Virus record (IMG/VR): IMGVR_UViG_3300006482_000005
Strand: one strand, 5' to 3'
DNA from: a virus
DNA: 27,823 bases
Shown here: positions 1 to 7,662 of the stretch, piece by piece
Layout: the number at the start of each line of letters is the position of its first letter
Numbering within the stretch: position 1 is the first letter of the stretch
Made by a program: the position numbers and the translations under genes
Notes under the pieces: generated by a model
What the model saw: only the letters and a program-made list of their open reading frames with translations
Databases searched by the model: none
Told to the model about the DNA's origin: nothing

Positions 1-46
1 TCATGAGCAAAACGCTCTGCAAGAAGTGCCAGGCGGAGGCGAGCGT

Positions 47-841
47 GTGATCATCATCATCGCCGACGTCGACGAGGTCGCGGCGCTGCTCGATATGGAC
101 GGGTCCCGGGCGCCGGAGATCATCCTGCCGCAGACGAGCGGCCCGTGCGTGCACTACGACGAGCAGGCGGAGTACGCGGCGGACGCCGACCCGTGCACCT
201 ACCCGTACGGCGACGGGTGCCCGCATCTCGACGACCCCGCGATCCTCTGCCCGGTCAAGGATGCCTGCTACGCGATGAGTGAGGTCGCCCGGATGCGGGA
301 GGCCTGCGAGGCAGAGCAAGCCGCCCAAGACGCTGATATGACGGCCAGGGGGCCCGTCTACGAGACCCCTGCGCCAGAGTGGGTGGAGCCGGAGCCGGAT
401 GAGCGATCATCATACGCCATCCATCTCCCGCTGCCGGCAAAGCGCAAAGATGCGTGGACGGAAGAGGAGAACTGGACGGTTGCGCGCGCCGACACTCGCG
501 ACGAAGCGATCGAGATCTACCGCGCCGCATATCCCGACAGTACCCGCACCGACAAGGCGATCCGGTCCCGGTGGGAGAAACTGCACCGGGATTGCAAGGT
601 GCCGCTCGCACCGGATTTCGTCGGCGATGCCGTCCCGGTGACACAATGCGACGAGGAAGCGTTCGCCGTCCCTCGCCCGACGTTCCGCCCCGGCGACAGG
701 GTGCGGATCAAACATGCGCTGCACCGGGGGCAGACTGGCGAGATTCAGCGGTATTTCCCGGCGACGGAGAACTATCTCGTCGCGATCGACGGGATGCCGG
801 ACAAGATCGTCCTCGCCGACGAGCAGATGGAGAGGGTCTGA
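47..841 (+). CDS. Hypothetical protein with a Myb/SANT-like helical domain and a C-terminal KOW/SH3-like domain
   Basis: ORF 26..841. A GTG start at 47 overlaps an upstream TGA (GTGA). Motifs AWTEEE...RTDKAIRSRWEKL and FRPGDRVRIKHALHRGQTGEI. Confidence 0.65.
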   Translation: MIIIIADVDEVAALLDMDGSRAPEIILPQTSGPCVHYDEQAEYAADADPCTYPYGDGCPHLDDPAILCPVKDACYAMSEVARMREACEAEQAAQDADMTARGPVYETPAPEWVEPEPDERSSYAIHLPLPAKRKDAWTEEENWTVARADTRDEAIEIYRAAYPDSTRTDKAIRSRWEKLHRDCKVPLAPDFVGDAVPVTQCDEEAFAVPRPTFRPGDRVRIKHALHRGQTGEIQRYFPATENYLVAIDGMPDKIVLADEQMERV

Positions 842-988
842 GTGGCGACGGATCTCATCGAGGCACGCCGGCAGCACCTCACGGCAGAGGTCGGGCGGCG
901 TAAAGCCTGCGGTGACCGGCGGGGGCTGGCGGATGCCTCTGCGTCGCTGCGGATCCTCGGATATCTCTGTGATGAGGTGGGCGCGTGA
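842..988 (+). CDS. Small hypothetical protein (48 aa)
   Basis: Hand translation MATDLIEARRQHL...GDRRGLADASASLRILGYLCDEVGA. It fills the gap exactly, and its stop overlaps the next start (GTGA). Confidence 0.65.
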   Translation: MATDLIEARRQHLTAEVGRRKACGDRRGLADASASLRILGYLCDEVGA

Positions 989-1371
989 CCCGCCCGATCC
1001 TCTACATCAGCGGCCCATACTCCGCCGGGCACGGGCGCACCGTCGCGGAGAATATCGCCGTCGCCCGATCGTATGCGGTCGCGGCGGCGCGGAAGGGCTG
1101 GATGCCGTTTACGCCGCACCTCAACACGGCACACTTCGAGGAGGACTGCCCCGAGATCTCCAACGACGACTGGATCGAGGGCGACCTCGCGATCCTCCGG
1201 CTCCTGCCCCGGGCGCGCGCAGCGGTGCTGATGCTACCTGGCTGGGAGCAGAGCGCCGGGGCGCGGCTTGAGCGGGACTGGGCGATCCATCTCAACCTGG
1301 AGGTTTTCGACCCGCCCGCGACACCCTGGGATCTCCCGCCCGCTGCGGCGTTCAGGGGGCGGTGCCGATGA
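985..1371 (+). CDS. DUF4406/DUF1937-like protein (nucleoside deoxyribosyltransferase-like fold)
   Basis: LYISGPYS...PFTPHLN...DLAIL...VLMLPGWEQSAGARLE is the typical motif set of this phage family. Confidence 0.8.
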   Translation: MTRPILYISGPYSAGHGRTVAENIAVARSYAVAAARKGWMPFTPHLNTAHFEEDCPEISNDDWIEGDLAILRLLPRARAAVLMLPGWEQSAGARLERDWAIHLNLEVFDPPATPWDLPPAAAFRGRCR

Positions 1372-1760
1372 CCTTCCGCCCCGCGGGCGAGGCGCGGCTC
1401 GACCTCTACACCGACGCGATGCTGCTCGATATCGGCCCGGATACGTTCGTGGTGCCGCTCGCCCGGCTCGCCGACCTCACCGCACACCGACGACGCGAGG
1501 TCGTGGTCTCCCGGCGGTACTGGGGGGATGCGCCGGGCGCGTATGAGGACGTCGAGCAGGGGCTCCGGCTCCGGCGCTCACAGACAGATCGGTCGCTGAT
1601 GTTGACCGAGCAGGGGCGCGTCTACTCGATGCCGATCCGCGCCGTGCACGATGTGCGCGAGGGGCGGGAAGAGTCCTGCGGGATCTCGCTGCTCGTGACT
1701 GACGCGCGGCAACTCGACGACGCGCACAGCCGGCAGACGGTACTGGAGGTGCGGGCGTGA
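1368..1760 (+). CDS. Hypothetical protein
   Basis: ORF with ATGA overlap at the start and GTGA overlap at the end. Confidence 0.7.
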   Translation: MTFRPAGEARLDLYTDAMLLDIGPDTFVVPLARLADLTAHRRREVVVSRRYWGDAPGAYEDVEQGLRLRRSQTDRSLMLTEQGRVYSMPIRAVHDVREGREESCGISLLVTDARQLDDAHSRQTVLEVRA

Positions 1761-1897
1761 CCTCCGGCGACGCCTCCGTCTCGTTCGACATCGACGGCCT
1801 GCCGGTAGAGCTCGTGCTCCCGGAGTGCTGCATCGAGGCGATGGGGTGCGCCTACCGGGCATCCTGCATCCTCCAGGAGGGGCGCGGCGATGAGTGA
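1757..1897 (+). CDS. Small Cys-containing hypothetical protein (46 aa)
   Basis: Hand translation MTSGDASVSFDIDGLPVELVLPECCIEAMGCAYRASCILQEGRGDE. Overlaps both neighbours. Confidence 0.5.
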   Translation: MTSGDASVSFDIDGLPVELVLPECCIEAMGCAYRASCILQEGRGDE

Positions 1898-2108
1898 CGA
1901 TCTCGTCCTCCCGCCCGGAGTGCGGCTCGACCCGCGCCCCGGGAGACTCGGGGCGCAGTACGTCCTCCTGACGTGCGCGGCGTGTGGTCGGGAGTTCCGG
2001 CTGCCGCTCTCGCAGGTGCGGCACCAGATGCGCCACAGTATCCTGCAGCAGACGTGCTCGTATGCGTGCAGGACGGAGTATCGACGACGGAGGAGGGCGG
2101 TATCGTGA
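1890..2108 (+). CDS. Small zinc-finger-like protein
   Basis: CAAC...CSYAC pattern. GGAGG site upstream. Confidence 0.7.
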   Translation: MSDDLVLPPGVRLDPRPGRLGAQYVLLTCAACGREFRLPLSQVRHQMRHSILQQTCSYACRTEYRRRRRAVS

Positions 2109-2215
2109 TCTCCCTCCTTAACCGCGCGCTCTGGTTCTCCGCGGGGTTCCTGCTCGGCGTCGTCGCGACGGCGCTCGGGCTGCTCTGGATGATGGCGCGG
2201 GCGGTGGTCGGATGA
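2105..2215 (+). CDS. Small single-pass membrane protein (36 aa)
   Basis: Hydrophobic ALWFSAGFLLGVVATALGLLWMMA. GTGA and ATGA overlaps on both sides. Confidence 0.6.
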   Translation: MISLLNRALWFSAGFLLGVVATALGLLWMMARAVVG

Positions 2216-3093
2216 AAGTCCGCCTCGTAGATGTGGATTCGAAGATCCCAAACCTCGCCCTGATGAAGATCAGCGCCTACCACAAGTCGCGCGGGGATGA
2301 GGTCGGGTTCGATGTCACCGACCCCGATCGCGTCGTCGCATCAGTCGTGTTCACGCAAAACCGATGGAAAGCGGACGGCCTCCGGTTCATGTTCCCCAAT
2401 GCGGAGATCGTCACCGGGGGGTCAGGGTATGATCTCTCGACGACCCTCCCGGACGAGATCGAGCGGATGAAACCCGATTATGATCTGTATCCTGACATCG
2501 AGTACTCGCTCGGGTTCACCACTCGCGGCTGTATCCGAAAATGTCCGTTCTGCATCGTTCCGGAGAAAGAAGGCAGGTTCCGGCGAGCGCAACACATCAG
2601 CGAATGGCACGACGATCGGTTCGATTCGGTAGTCTGCCTCGATAACAACGTCTACGCAGATAAAGCGTGGTTTTTCAAGAACACTGATTTTGTTCTCGAC
2701 TCCGGACTGCGTTACAACGCCGTGCAAGGGATGGATATCAGAATCCTCGATACGGAGATCGCCGGACGGCTCGCAGACCTCAAGTGGTCGGGGCAGATGC
2801 ATTTTGCCTTCGATTCTATCCGAGACGAGGCGGCGGTGCGGGCAGGGATCCAGATGCTTCAGGATGCTGGGATTCGGACGAGGCACGATGTGAGCATATA
2901 TGTCCTCGTCGGATTCGACTCGTCGCCTGAAGAAGATCTCCGGCGGTGTGAGGTTCTGAAGGAGATCGGCGCGACGCCGTTTATCATGCAGTACAAGCGT
3001 ACCGCGTGGACAAAGCGCATCGCTCGTCTGAATCGACCGCAGATCTTCTGGTCTGCCGGATCGCTTGAATCCCTACGACGGGTGATGGCATGA
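2212..3093 (+). CDS. Radical SAM protein
   Basis: TTRGCIRKCPFC (CxxxCxxC, 2530-2553), downstream DNN and AFD motifs, N-terminal PNLALMKISAYHK segment. Confidence 0.9.
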   Translation: MKVRLVDVDSKIPNLALMKISAYHKSRGDEVGFDVTDPDRVVASVVFTQNRWKADGLRFMFPNAEIVTGGSGYDLSTTLPDEIERMKPDYDLYPDIEYSLGFTTRGCIRKCPFCIVPEKEGRFRRAQHISEWHDDRFDSVVCLDNNVYADKAWFFKNTDFVLDSGLRYNAVQGMDIRILDTEIAGRLADLKWSGQMHFAFDSIRDEAAVRAGIQMLQDAGIRTRHDVSIYVLVGFDSSPEEDLRRCEVLKEIGATPFIMQYKRTAWTKRIARLNRPQIFWSAGSLESLRRVMA

Positions 3094-3260
3094 ACCCCGG
3101 CATCAGCGCCTTTTTCGGGGGCGCGGATGCGCTCCGACTCCAGAGGAGATACCGCGATCTCCGGGAGCGCATGGCAGAGGCGCAGCGCGTCGGGGACCGG
3201 CGGACTGTGGCGGATGTACGGGCGAGCATGGTAGTTTTCGAGGGGTTGTTCTGTGACTGA
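3090..3260 (+). CDS. Small hypothetical protein (56 aa), similar to 842..988
   Basis: Hand translation MNPGISAFFGG...GDRRTVADVRASMVVFEGLFCD. ATGA overlap at the start. Confidence 0.65.
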   Translation: MNPGISAFFGGADALRLQRRYRDLRERMAEAQRVGDRRTVADVRASMVVFEGLFCD

Positions 3261-5655
3261 CATAGTTCTCGCGGTCCCGCTGGGGGCCGCAACATTTCAG
3301 CGAGCGTTAGAGACCATGAGCCCGGAGATCGCGGCGCGGGTCCGGGAGTGGCCGGGGAAGGCTGTGATCGTCGAGAGTGTCGCGTATATCCCGCTGCGGA
3401 CGGACTGGATGCCACCGAGGGACCGCCGGACCGCTGACGGGGTGGAGCTGCTCCTCGCGGGCAAGTGGCCGGAGCAGGTGCAGGCGGCGATCGCGGCCGG
3501 GCAGTTCGCGCGGGTTTCAGGGCGCGTGATTGGAGAGTTCTGGAAGTGTATAGCAACATGTGGTTTATCGGAGAAATGCGATGAGAAACAGAGCGAAGCG
3601 CCCGCGGTGGCGCCGGAACCCGTGGCGGGAGTGGTACAGCCGGTGGCTGCTCGACACGATGAAACGGTGGGACCCGACGACCCGGTTCCAGTTCCTCCGG
3701 TGGACGCCGGAGAACGACCGGGACCTGAGACTCCGCCTCCGGTCGAAGGGGGCGGAGAGGAGAACGAGAGGGCTGAACCTGCTGCCGGAGTACCGGCACC
3801 CGAACAGGTGACCCCGGACGAAGAACCCGGGGCCGGCGAGCCGGCGCTGGAGTCGGTCCTCCCGCTTGACAAGGTCGCGGAGATGGGGGCGGCGACGGCC
3901 ATCAAACTGCTTGAGGCGTACCGCGACCTGCACCCGCACCTCGGGATCCCTGGCACCGATGCCCTGGACCTGATGGGGCGGGAGGAACTGGTCGCGCTGC
4001 TCGCCCGGGTCGTGACCGACCCACAGGTGGTCGAGGGGGCGAAGGGGCAGCGTGCACGGCTCGACGCGGCCGCAGAGGCCCATGCCCGGGAGGCGCGGCG
4101 ACCGAAGATCGTGATGAACGACAAGGTCCTGAACGAGAAGACCGCTGAGGCGATCGACGCCCTGCAGGTGATGAACGATCCGCCGCGGCTCTTCGTCCGA
4201 GCGGGGCGGCTCGTCCGGGTGGAGCGCGATGAGCACAACCGGCCCGTGATCCAGACGCTCAACAAGGCGGCGATCCGCGGCGAGCTGGACCGGGCGGCCC
4301 ACTGGGTCCTCTACAAGCCCGATAAGAAAGAGGGTGTCGTCGAAACTTACGTCACCCCGGGGGAGGCAATCGCCGAGGATCTGATGGAGCGGCCGCCGTC
4401 GGAATGGGGGTTGCCGCCGCTCGTCGGCATCGCGACGTCCCCGATCCTGCACCTGGACGGCTCGATCCATGATACTGTCGGATATGACCCCGTGACGCGG
4501 ATGTATCTGCTCCCCGAGCCCGGGTTCGTCCTCGCGCCGGTGCCGGCGTCGCCGACCCCTGCAGATGTCGAGGCAGCGAAGGCGCTGCTCCTGGAGATGT
4601 TCTGGGACTTCCCGTTCGTCGACGAGGCGAGCCGGTGGAACGCCGTCGGGGCGTTCCTGACGGGGGTGTTCCGGCCGATCATCGAGGGGCCGTGCCCCTG
4701 CTGGCTCCTGACGAAACCGCAGGCCGGATCCGGCGCGTCACTGATGCAGTGTGTCACCTACACCGCGATCACGGGTTCCGACCCGCCGGCGTCCGTGACC
4801 CCGAAGACAAAGGAGGAGTGGGAGAAGCGGGCGCTCTCGATCCTCATGAGCGGCGCCCCGGTCCATATCTGGGACAACCTCGAGGGCAGTTTCCGCGCGG
4901 ACGTGCTCGCCTCACTCCTCACGGCGCGAGAGTGGCGCGGCCGCCGGCTCGGTCAGACCGAGGAGGTCTCGGTGCCGGCACGGACGGTCTGGTTTGCCAA
5001 CGGCAACAATGTGGCGATCGGGGGCGATCTCGCCAGGAGAGTCTACCTGAGCCGGATCGATGCGGAGGTCGCGCTCCCGTGGATGCGGGAGGACTTCCGG
5101 CACCCGGACCTCCTCGGGTGGACCCGGGAGAACCGCGGCCGCCTGATCGCCGCTGCGCTGACCCTGGGGGTCGCGTGGGTGCAGGCCGGGTGCCCGGAGC
5201 CGGAGAAGGTGCCGCCGCTCGGCGGGTATGAGGACTGGCGCCGGGTTGTCGGCGGGGTCCTCGAGCACGCCGGGGCGACGCAGTTCATGGGGAACGCGAT
5301 GGAGGTCTTCCTGGAAGCGGATACGGACCTCCGGCAATGGGAAGGGTTCCTGTCGGCAGTGTTCGAGGTCTGGGGCTCGAATCCCTGGAGCGTGGCGGAC
5401 CTGAAGGCCCGGCTGGAGGGCGAGATGAGTGCGGTGACGCAGTACCCTGTCCGCATTAACGAGGTGCTGCCGGACGACCTGGCAGACGCCTTCGTGGATC
5501 CGCGCCGGTCGTTCTCCCGGTCATGCGGGCGGGCCCTGGCTCGGCAGGAGGGCAGGAGGTTCCCCTCCGGCCTCATGATCAAGCGAGGGAAGGCAGTGCA
5601 GCGGGCGACACAGTGGGTGATTATTCAGACTATGACAGGAGGCGATGCCGAGTGA
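3253..5655 (+). CDS. Replication protein with a C-terminal SF3/AAA+-like helicase-type domain (degenerate Walker A)
   Basis: PQAGSGAS (Walker A position), VHIWDN (Walker B), RRLG, ANGNN and DLARR motifs. Pro/Glu-rich linker. Directly followed by iterons. Confidence 0.7.
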   Translation: MTDIVLAVPLGAATFQRALETMSPEIAARVREWPGKAVIVESVAYIPLRTDWMPPRDRRTADGVELLLAGKWPEQVQAAIAAGQFARVSGRVIGEFWKCIATCGLSEKCDEKQSEAPAVAPEPVAGVVQPVAARHDETVGPDDPVPVPPVDAGERPGPETPPPVEGGGEENERAEPAAGVPAPEQVTPDEEPGAGEPALESVLPLDKVAEMGAATAIKLLEAYRDLHPHLGIPGTDALDLMGREELVALLARVVTDPQVVEGAKGQRARLDAAAEAHAREARRPKIVMNDKVLNEKTAEAIDALQVMNDPPRLFVRAGRLVRVERDEHNRPVIQTLNKAAIRGELDRAAHWVLYKPDKKEGVVETYVTPGEAIAEDLMERPPSEWGLPPLVGIATSPILHLDGSIHDTVGYDPVTRMYLLPEPGFVLAPVPASPTPADVEAAKALLLEMFWDFPFVDEASRWNAVGAFLTGVFRPIIEGPCPCWLLTKPQAGSGASLMQCVTYTAITGSDPPASVTPKTKEEWEKRALSILMSGAPVHIWDNLEGSFRADVLASLLTAREWRGRRLGQTEEVSVPARTVWFANGNNVAIGGDLARRVYLSRIDAEVALPWMREDFRHPDLLGWTRENRGRLIAAALTLGVAWVQAGCPEPEKVPPLGGYEDWRRVVGGVLEHAGATQFMGNAMEVFLEADTDLRQWEGFLSAVFEVWGSNPWSVADLKARLEGEMSAVTQYPVRINEVLPDDLADAFVDPRRSFSRSCGRALARQEGRRFPSGLMIKRGKAVQRATQWVIIQTMTGGDAE

Positions 5656-6221
5656 AACTCACAAAACTCACTTATCAAGAGATTACTATCGGACCTGGAA
5701 AGAAACTCACAAAACTCACAAACTCACCTCGTGATGGCGAGACCCGGATAGTGACCCGGAAAGAAACTCACAAAACTCACGAAACTCACACGCCCCCCGA
5801 CTGGAAAGAAACTCACAAAACTCACCTGAAAAAGAAACTCACAAAAAATCGGGCCTCATTACGTTCCCCGATTGTAAGAATATCTAATAATATTAGATAT
5901 TCATTTTCTCTATGTGAGTTTGTGAGTTTTACAGAGGTACAATGCAGGGAAGAGATCAAAAAAGGAGAGAATATACAGTACATAAATAGCCGAGGAGAAA
6001 CTCACAAAACTCAGAAACTCACACCCCCCCTCAGGCCCCCCTCCCTCTCTCCCCGAGTCCTCTCGCGCCGTCTGGATCGGTCTCCCTCGCGCCGCATGTC
6101 ACTCCACCCCGGCCTCTCCCTCCGCCCACCGTCCCCAGCAGAGCGGCCGCACCTCTCGCACCCCTCGCCGCATCTGGGACGATGCACGTGGGACAATGTC
6201 CCACGGGGGGTGCCGGCGTGA
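5652..6221 (+). CDS. Possible low-complexity ORF running through the iteron array (189 aa)
   Basis: Open frame with GTGA overlaps at both ends and GGAGG 9 nt upstream. The translation is repeat-derived (KLTKLT, ETHKTH), so it may be non-functional. Confidence 0.3.
   Translation: MKLTKLTYQEITIGPGKKLTKLTNSPRDGETRIVTRKETHKTHETHTPPDWKETHKTHLKKKLTKNRASLRSPIVRISNNIRYSFSLCEFVSFTEVQCREEIKKGENIQYINSRGETHKTQKLTPPLRPPSLSPRVLSRRLDRSPSRRMSLHPGLSLRPPSPAERPHLSHPSPHLGRCTWDNVPRGVPA
5654..6022. repeat. AAACTCAC iteron array with a central AT-rich palindrome, putative viral replication origin
   Basis: 13 direct perfect copies, 2 inverted copies (5914, 5922) and 1 imperfect copy (6007). GAAACTCACAAAACTCAC at 5654, 5702, 5763 and 5808. 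Palindrome with 12-bp arms at 5878-5902. Confidence 0.85.
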
Positions 6222-6637
6222 CCGCGAACACCCCCGCCTCCCGCAAGGCCAAGGGACGGCGGCTGCAGCAGGCGGTCCGGCAGGACCTGATCGACCGCCT
6301 CGGCATCGACCCCGGTGACGTCCAGAGCACGGCGATGGGGCAGTCCGGTTGCGACCTCTATCTCTCGCCGGCCGCCCGCGAGCGGTTCGGGTTTGGGGTC
6401 GAGTGTAAGCACCAGGAGCGGGTCGCCCTGCCGGAGTGGTGGAAACAATGCACCCGGAACGCCGCGGCCGAAAACCTCGCCCCCCTCCTCGTCATGAAGC
6501 AGAGCCGGCGGGAGGCTCTGGCCGTGCTCCGGTGGGAGGACCTCCTCGCGCTGGTGAAGCAAAAGAACCGGGCAGTTGAGGAATGGTATTATTGGAACGG
6601 CCTATACCGAAAGGATTGTGAAGGGGTGGAGGCGTGA
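6218..6637 (+). CDS. Holliday junction resolvase-like PD-(D/E)xK nuclease
   Basis: SRKAKGRRLQQ...MGQSGCDLYL...GVECKHQE...PLLVMKQSR. GTG start at 6218 chosen over the ORF-track start at 6182. Confidence 0.8.
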   Translation: MTANTPASRKAKGRRLQQAVRQDLIDRLGIDPGDVQSTAMGQSGCDLYLSPAARERFGFGVECKHQERVALPEWWKQCTRNAAAENLAPLLVMKQSRREALAVLRWEDLLALVKQKNRAVEEWYYWNGLYRKDCEGVEA

Positions 6638-6891
6638 CCGCGTATCGATACCATCTCATTAGATCCGATGAGAACTCCTCGTCCTTGGGGGAATGCGAGA
6701 TCTGTGGGAAGAGGGTCACCACGGTCTATCGTCAGATTGAGGAGCGAGAGTATACCCGTCCTGACGGGACGCAAGGGTGGACCCGCGGGGGATGCACAGA
6801 TCAGTTTGGCCACGAAGAGTGCCTCCTGCTGGTGCGTCGCCCAGATTGTCGCTGGCAGAACCTCGCCGAGGGGCTGACGGGGGGCAAATGA
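6634..6891 (+). CDS. Small CxxC/His-Cys hypothetical protein
   Basis: GECEICGK...FGHEECL. Start and stop overlap both neighbours. Confidence 0.7.
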   Translation: MTAYRYHLIRSDENSSSLGECEICGKRVTTVYRQIEEREYTRPDGTQGWTRGGCTDQFGHEECLLLVRRPDCRWQNLAEGLTGGK

Positions 6892-7163
6892 TCATGCCCA
6901 CATATGACTCAGAATACTGGAGAGAGCAGCGTCAGGTAGCGGCAGAACTCGGAGTGCCATTTGTCGAGCCGCTTTCCCCAGGCCTCGCCTCAATGGCTGA
7001 GGCGTCAGCCTCACCCTCGCCCGATGTCCGGGAAAAAATAGAGGCTCTCAAACGTGCGGAGGAGAGGGTGCGAGCACAAACTCAGCGGATGGAAGAAGAA
7101 TCCAAACCTCTCCCTGCACGGAAAGGATGGCGGCAACCCCGAAAGCGGAGGGCGCGGTCATGA
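6888..7163 (+). CDS. Hypothetical protein (91 aa)
   Basis: ATGA overlaps at both ends. Basic C-terminal tail. Confidence 0.65.
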   Translation: MIMPTYDSEYWREQRQVAAELGVPFVEPLSPGLASMAEASASPSPDVREKIEALKRAEERVRAQTQRMEEESKPLPARKGWRQPRKRRARS

Positions 7164-7468
7164 CCCGGGTTGTCCATATCGAGACCTGTGAGCAGTGCCC
7201 GTGGTCGGTCGGGTCTCGTGGCTGCCGGCACCCAAACGCCCTCTGGGACGACGAGGGGATCATCCGCATCAAAGTGTTCAATGACTTCCCTGTGATTCCG
7301 ACCTGGTGCCCGCTCGAGCAGACTGGCCCGGACTGGCACCCGCCCGCGACCATCGACCTCAACGGCCCGCCGTGCTACGCTCGGAGCACGACCGATGCCG
7401 GCGACCATGCTCCCTGTCTACGATATGCTGACCGAGGAGGCGAGCCCCCATGCCGCGGATTGAAGTAA
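7160..7468 (+). CDS. Cys-rich hypothetical protein
   Basis: CEQC...C...WCPL...CY...CL...C. ATGA overlap at the start. Confidence 0.65.
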   Translation: MTRVVHIETCEQCPWSVGSRGCRHPNALWDDEGIIRIKVFNDFPVIPTWCPLEQTGPDWHPPATIDLNGPPCYARSTTDAGDHAPCLRYADRGGEPPCRGLK

Positions 7469-7617
7469 CCTCCGAAGACGCCGCCGAGATCGCCCGGCTC
7501 TGTTACCTCCTCGAGCCGGGGGTGGTCCTCACTCGGGCGGAGGCGGTCCACCGGGTCCTCGTCGAGTGGCGGCAGGCGAAAGTGGCGAAACCGGCGAAAA
7601 TGGTAAAAACGCCATAA
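7450..7617 (+). CDS. Ribbon-helix-helix-like small DNA-binding protein (55 aa)
   Basis: Hand translation MPRIEVTSEDAAEIARLCYLLEPGVVLTRAEAVHRVLVEWRQ... shows a strand-helix-helix pattern. GGAGG upstream. Confidence 0.55.
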   Translation: MPRIEVTSEDAAEIARLCYLLEPGVVLTRAEAVHRVLVEWRQAKVAKPAKMVKTP

Positions 7618-7662
7618 TCTACTCTATTTTTCTATTCGGGGAGCCTATACCCTCCTGATTGT
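7618..7662 (+). promoter_or_regulatory. AT-rich intergenic junction between early and packaging genes (possible terminator/promoter)
   Basis: A T-tract (CTATTTTTCT) in one of the few intergenic gaps. No clear TATA box. Confidence 0.3.

Noticed and set aside
3-50. Short ORF MSKTLCKKCQAEASV at the window start
   Set aside because: Probably the end of a gene truncated by the window edge and cannot be characterised.
5654-6022. AAACTCAC repeats as a CRISPR array
   Set aside because: Units are 8-18 nt, irregularly spaced and in both orientations, with no unique spacers of constant length.
7618-7635. TACTCTATT shared between the spacer 5' region and the early/late junction
   Set aside because: Only 9 contiguous nt, spacer positions 1-2 mismatch, and the adjacent triplet is TAA rather than TTC. 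Compatible with chance.
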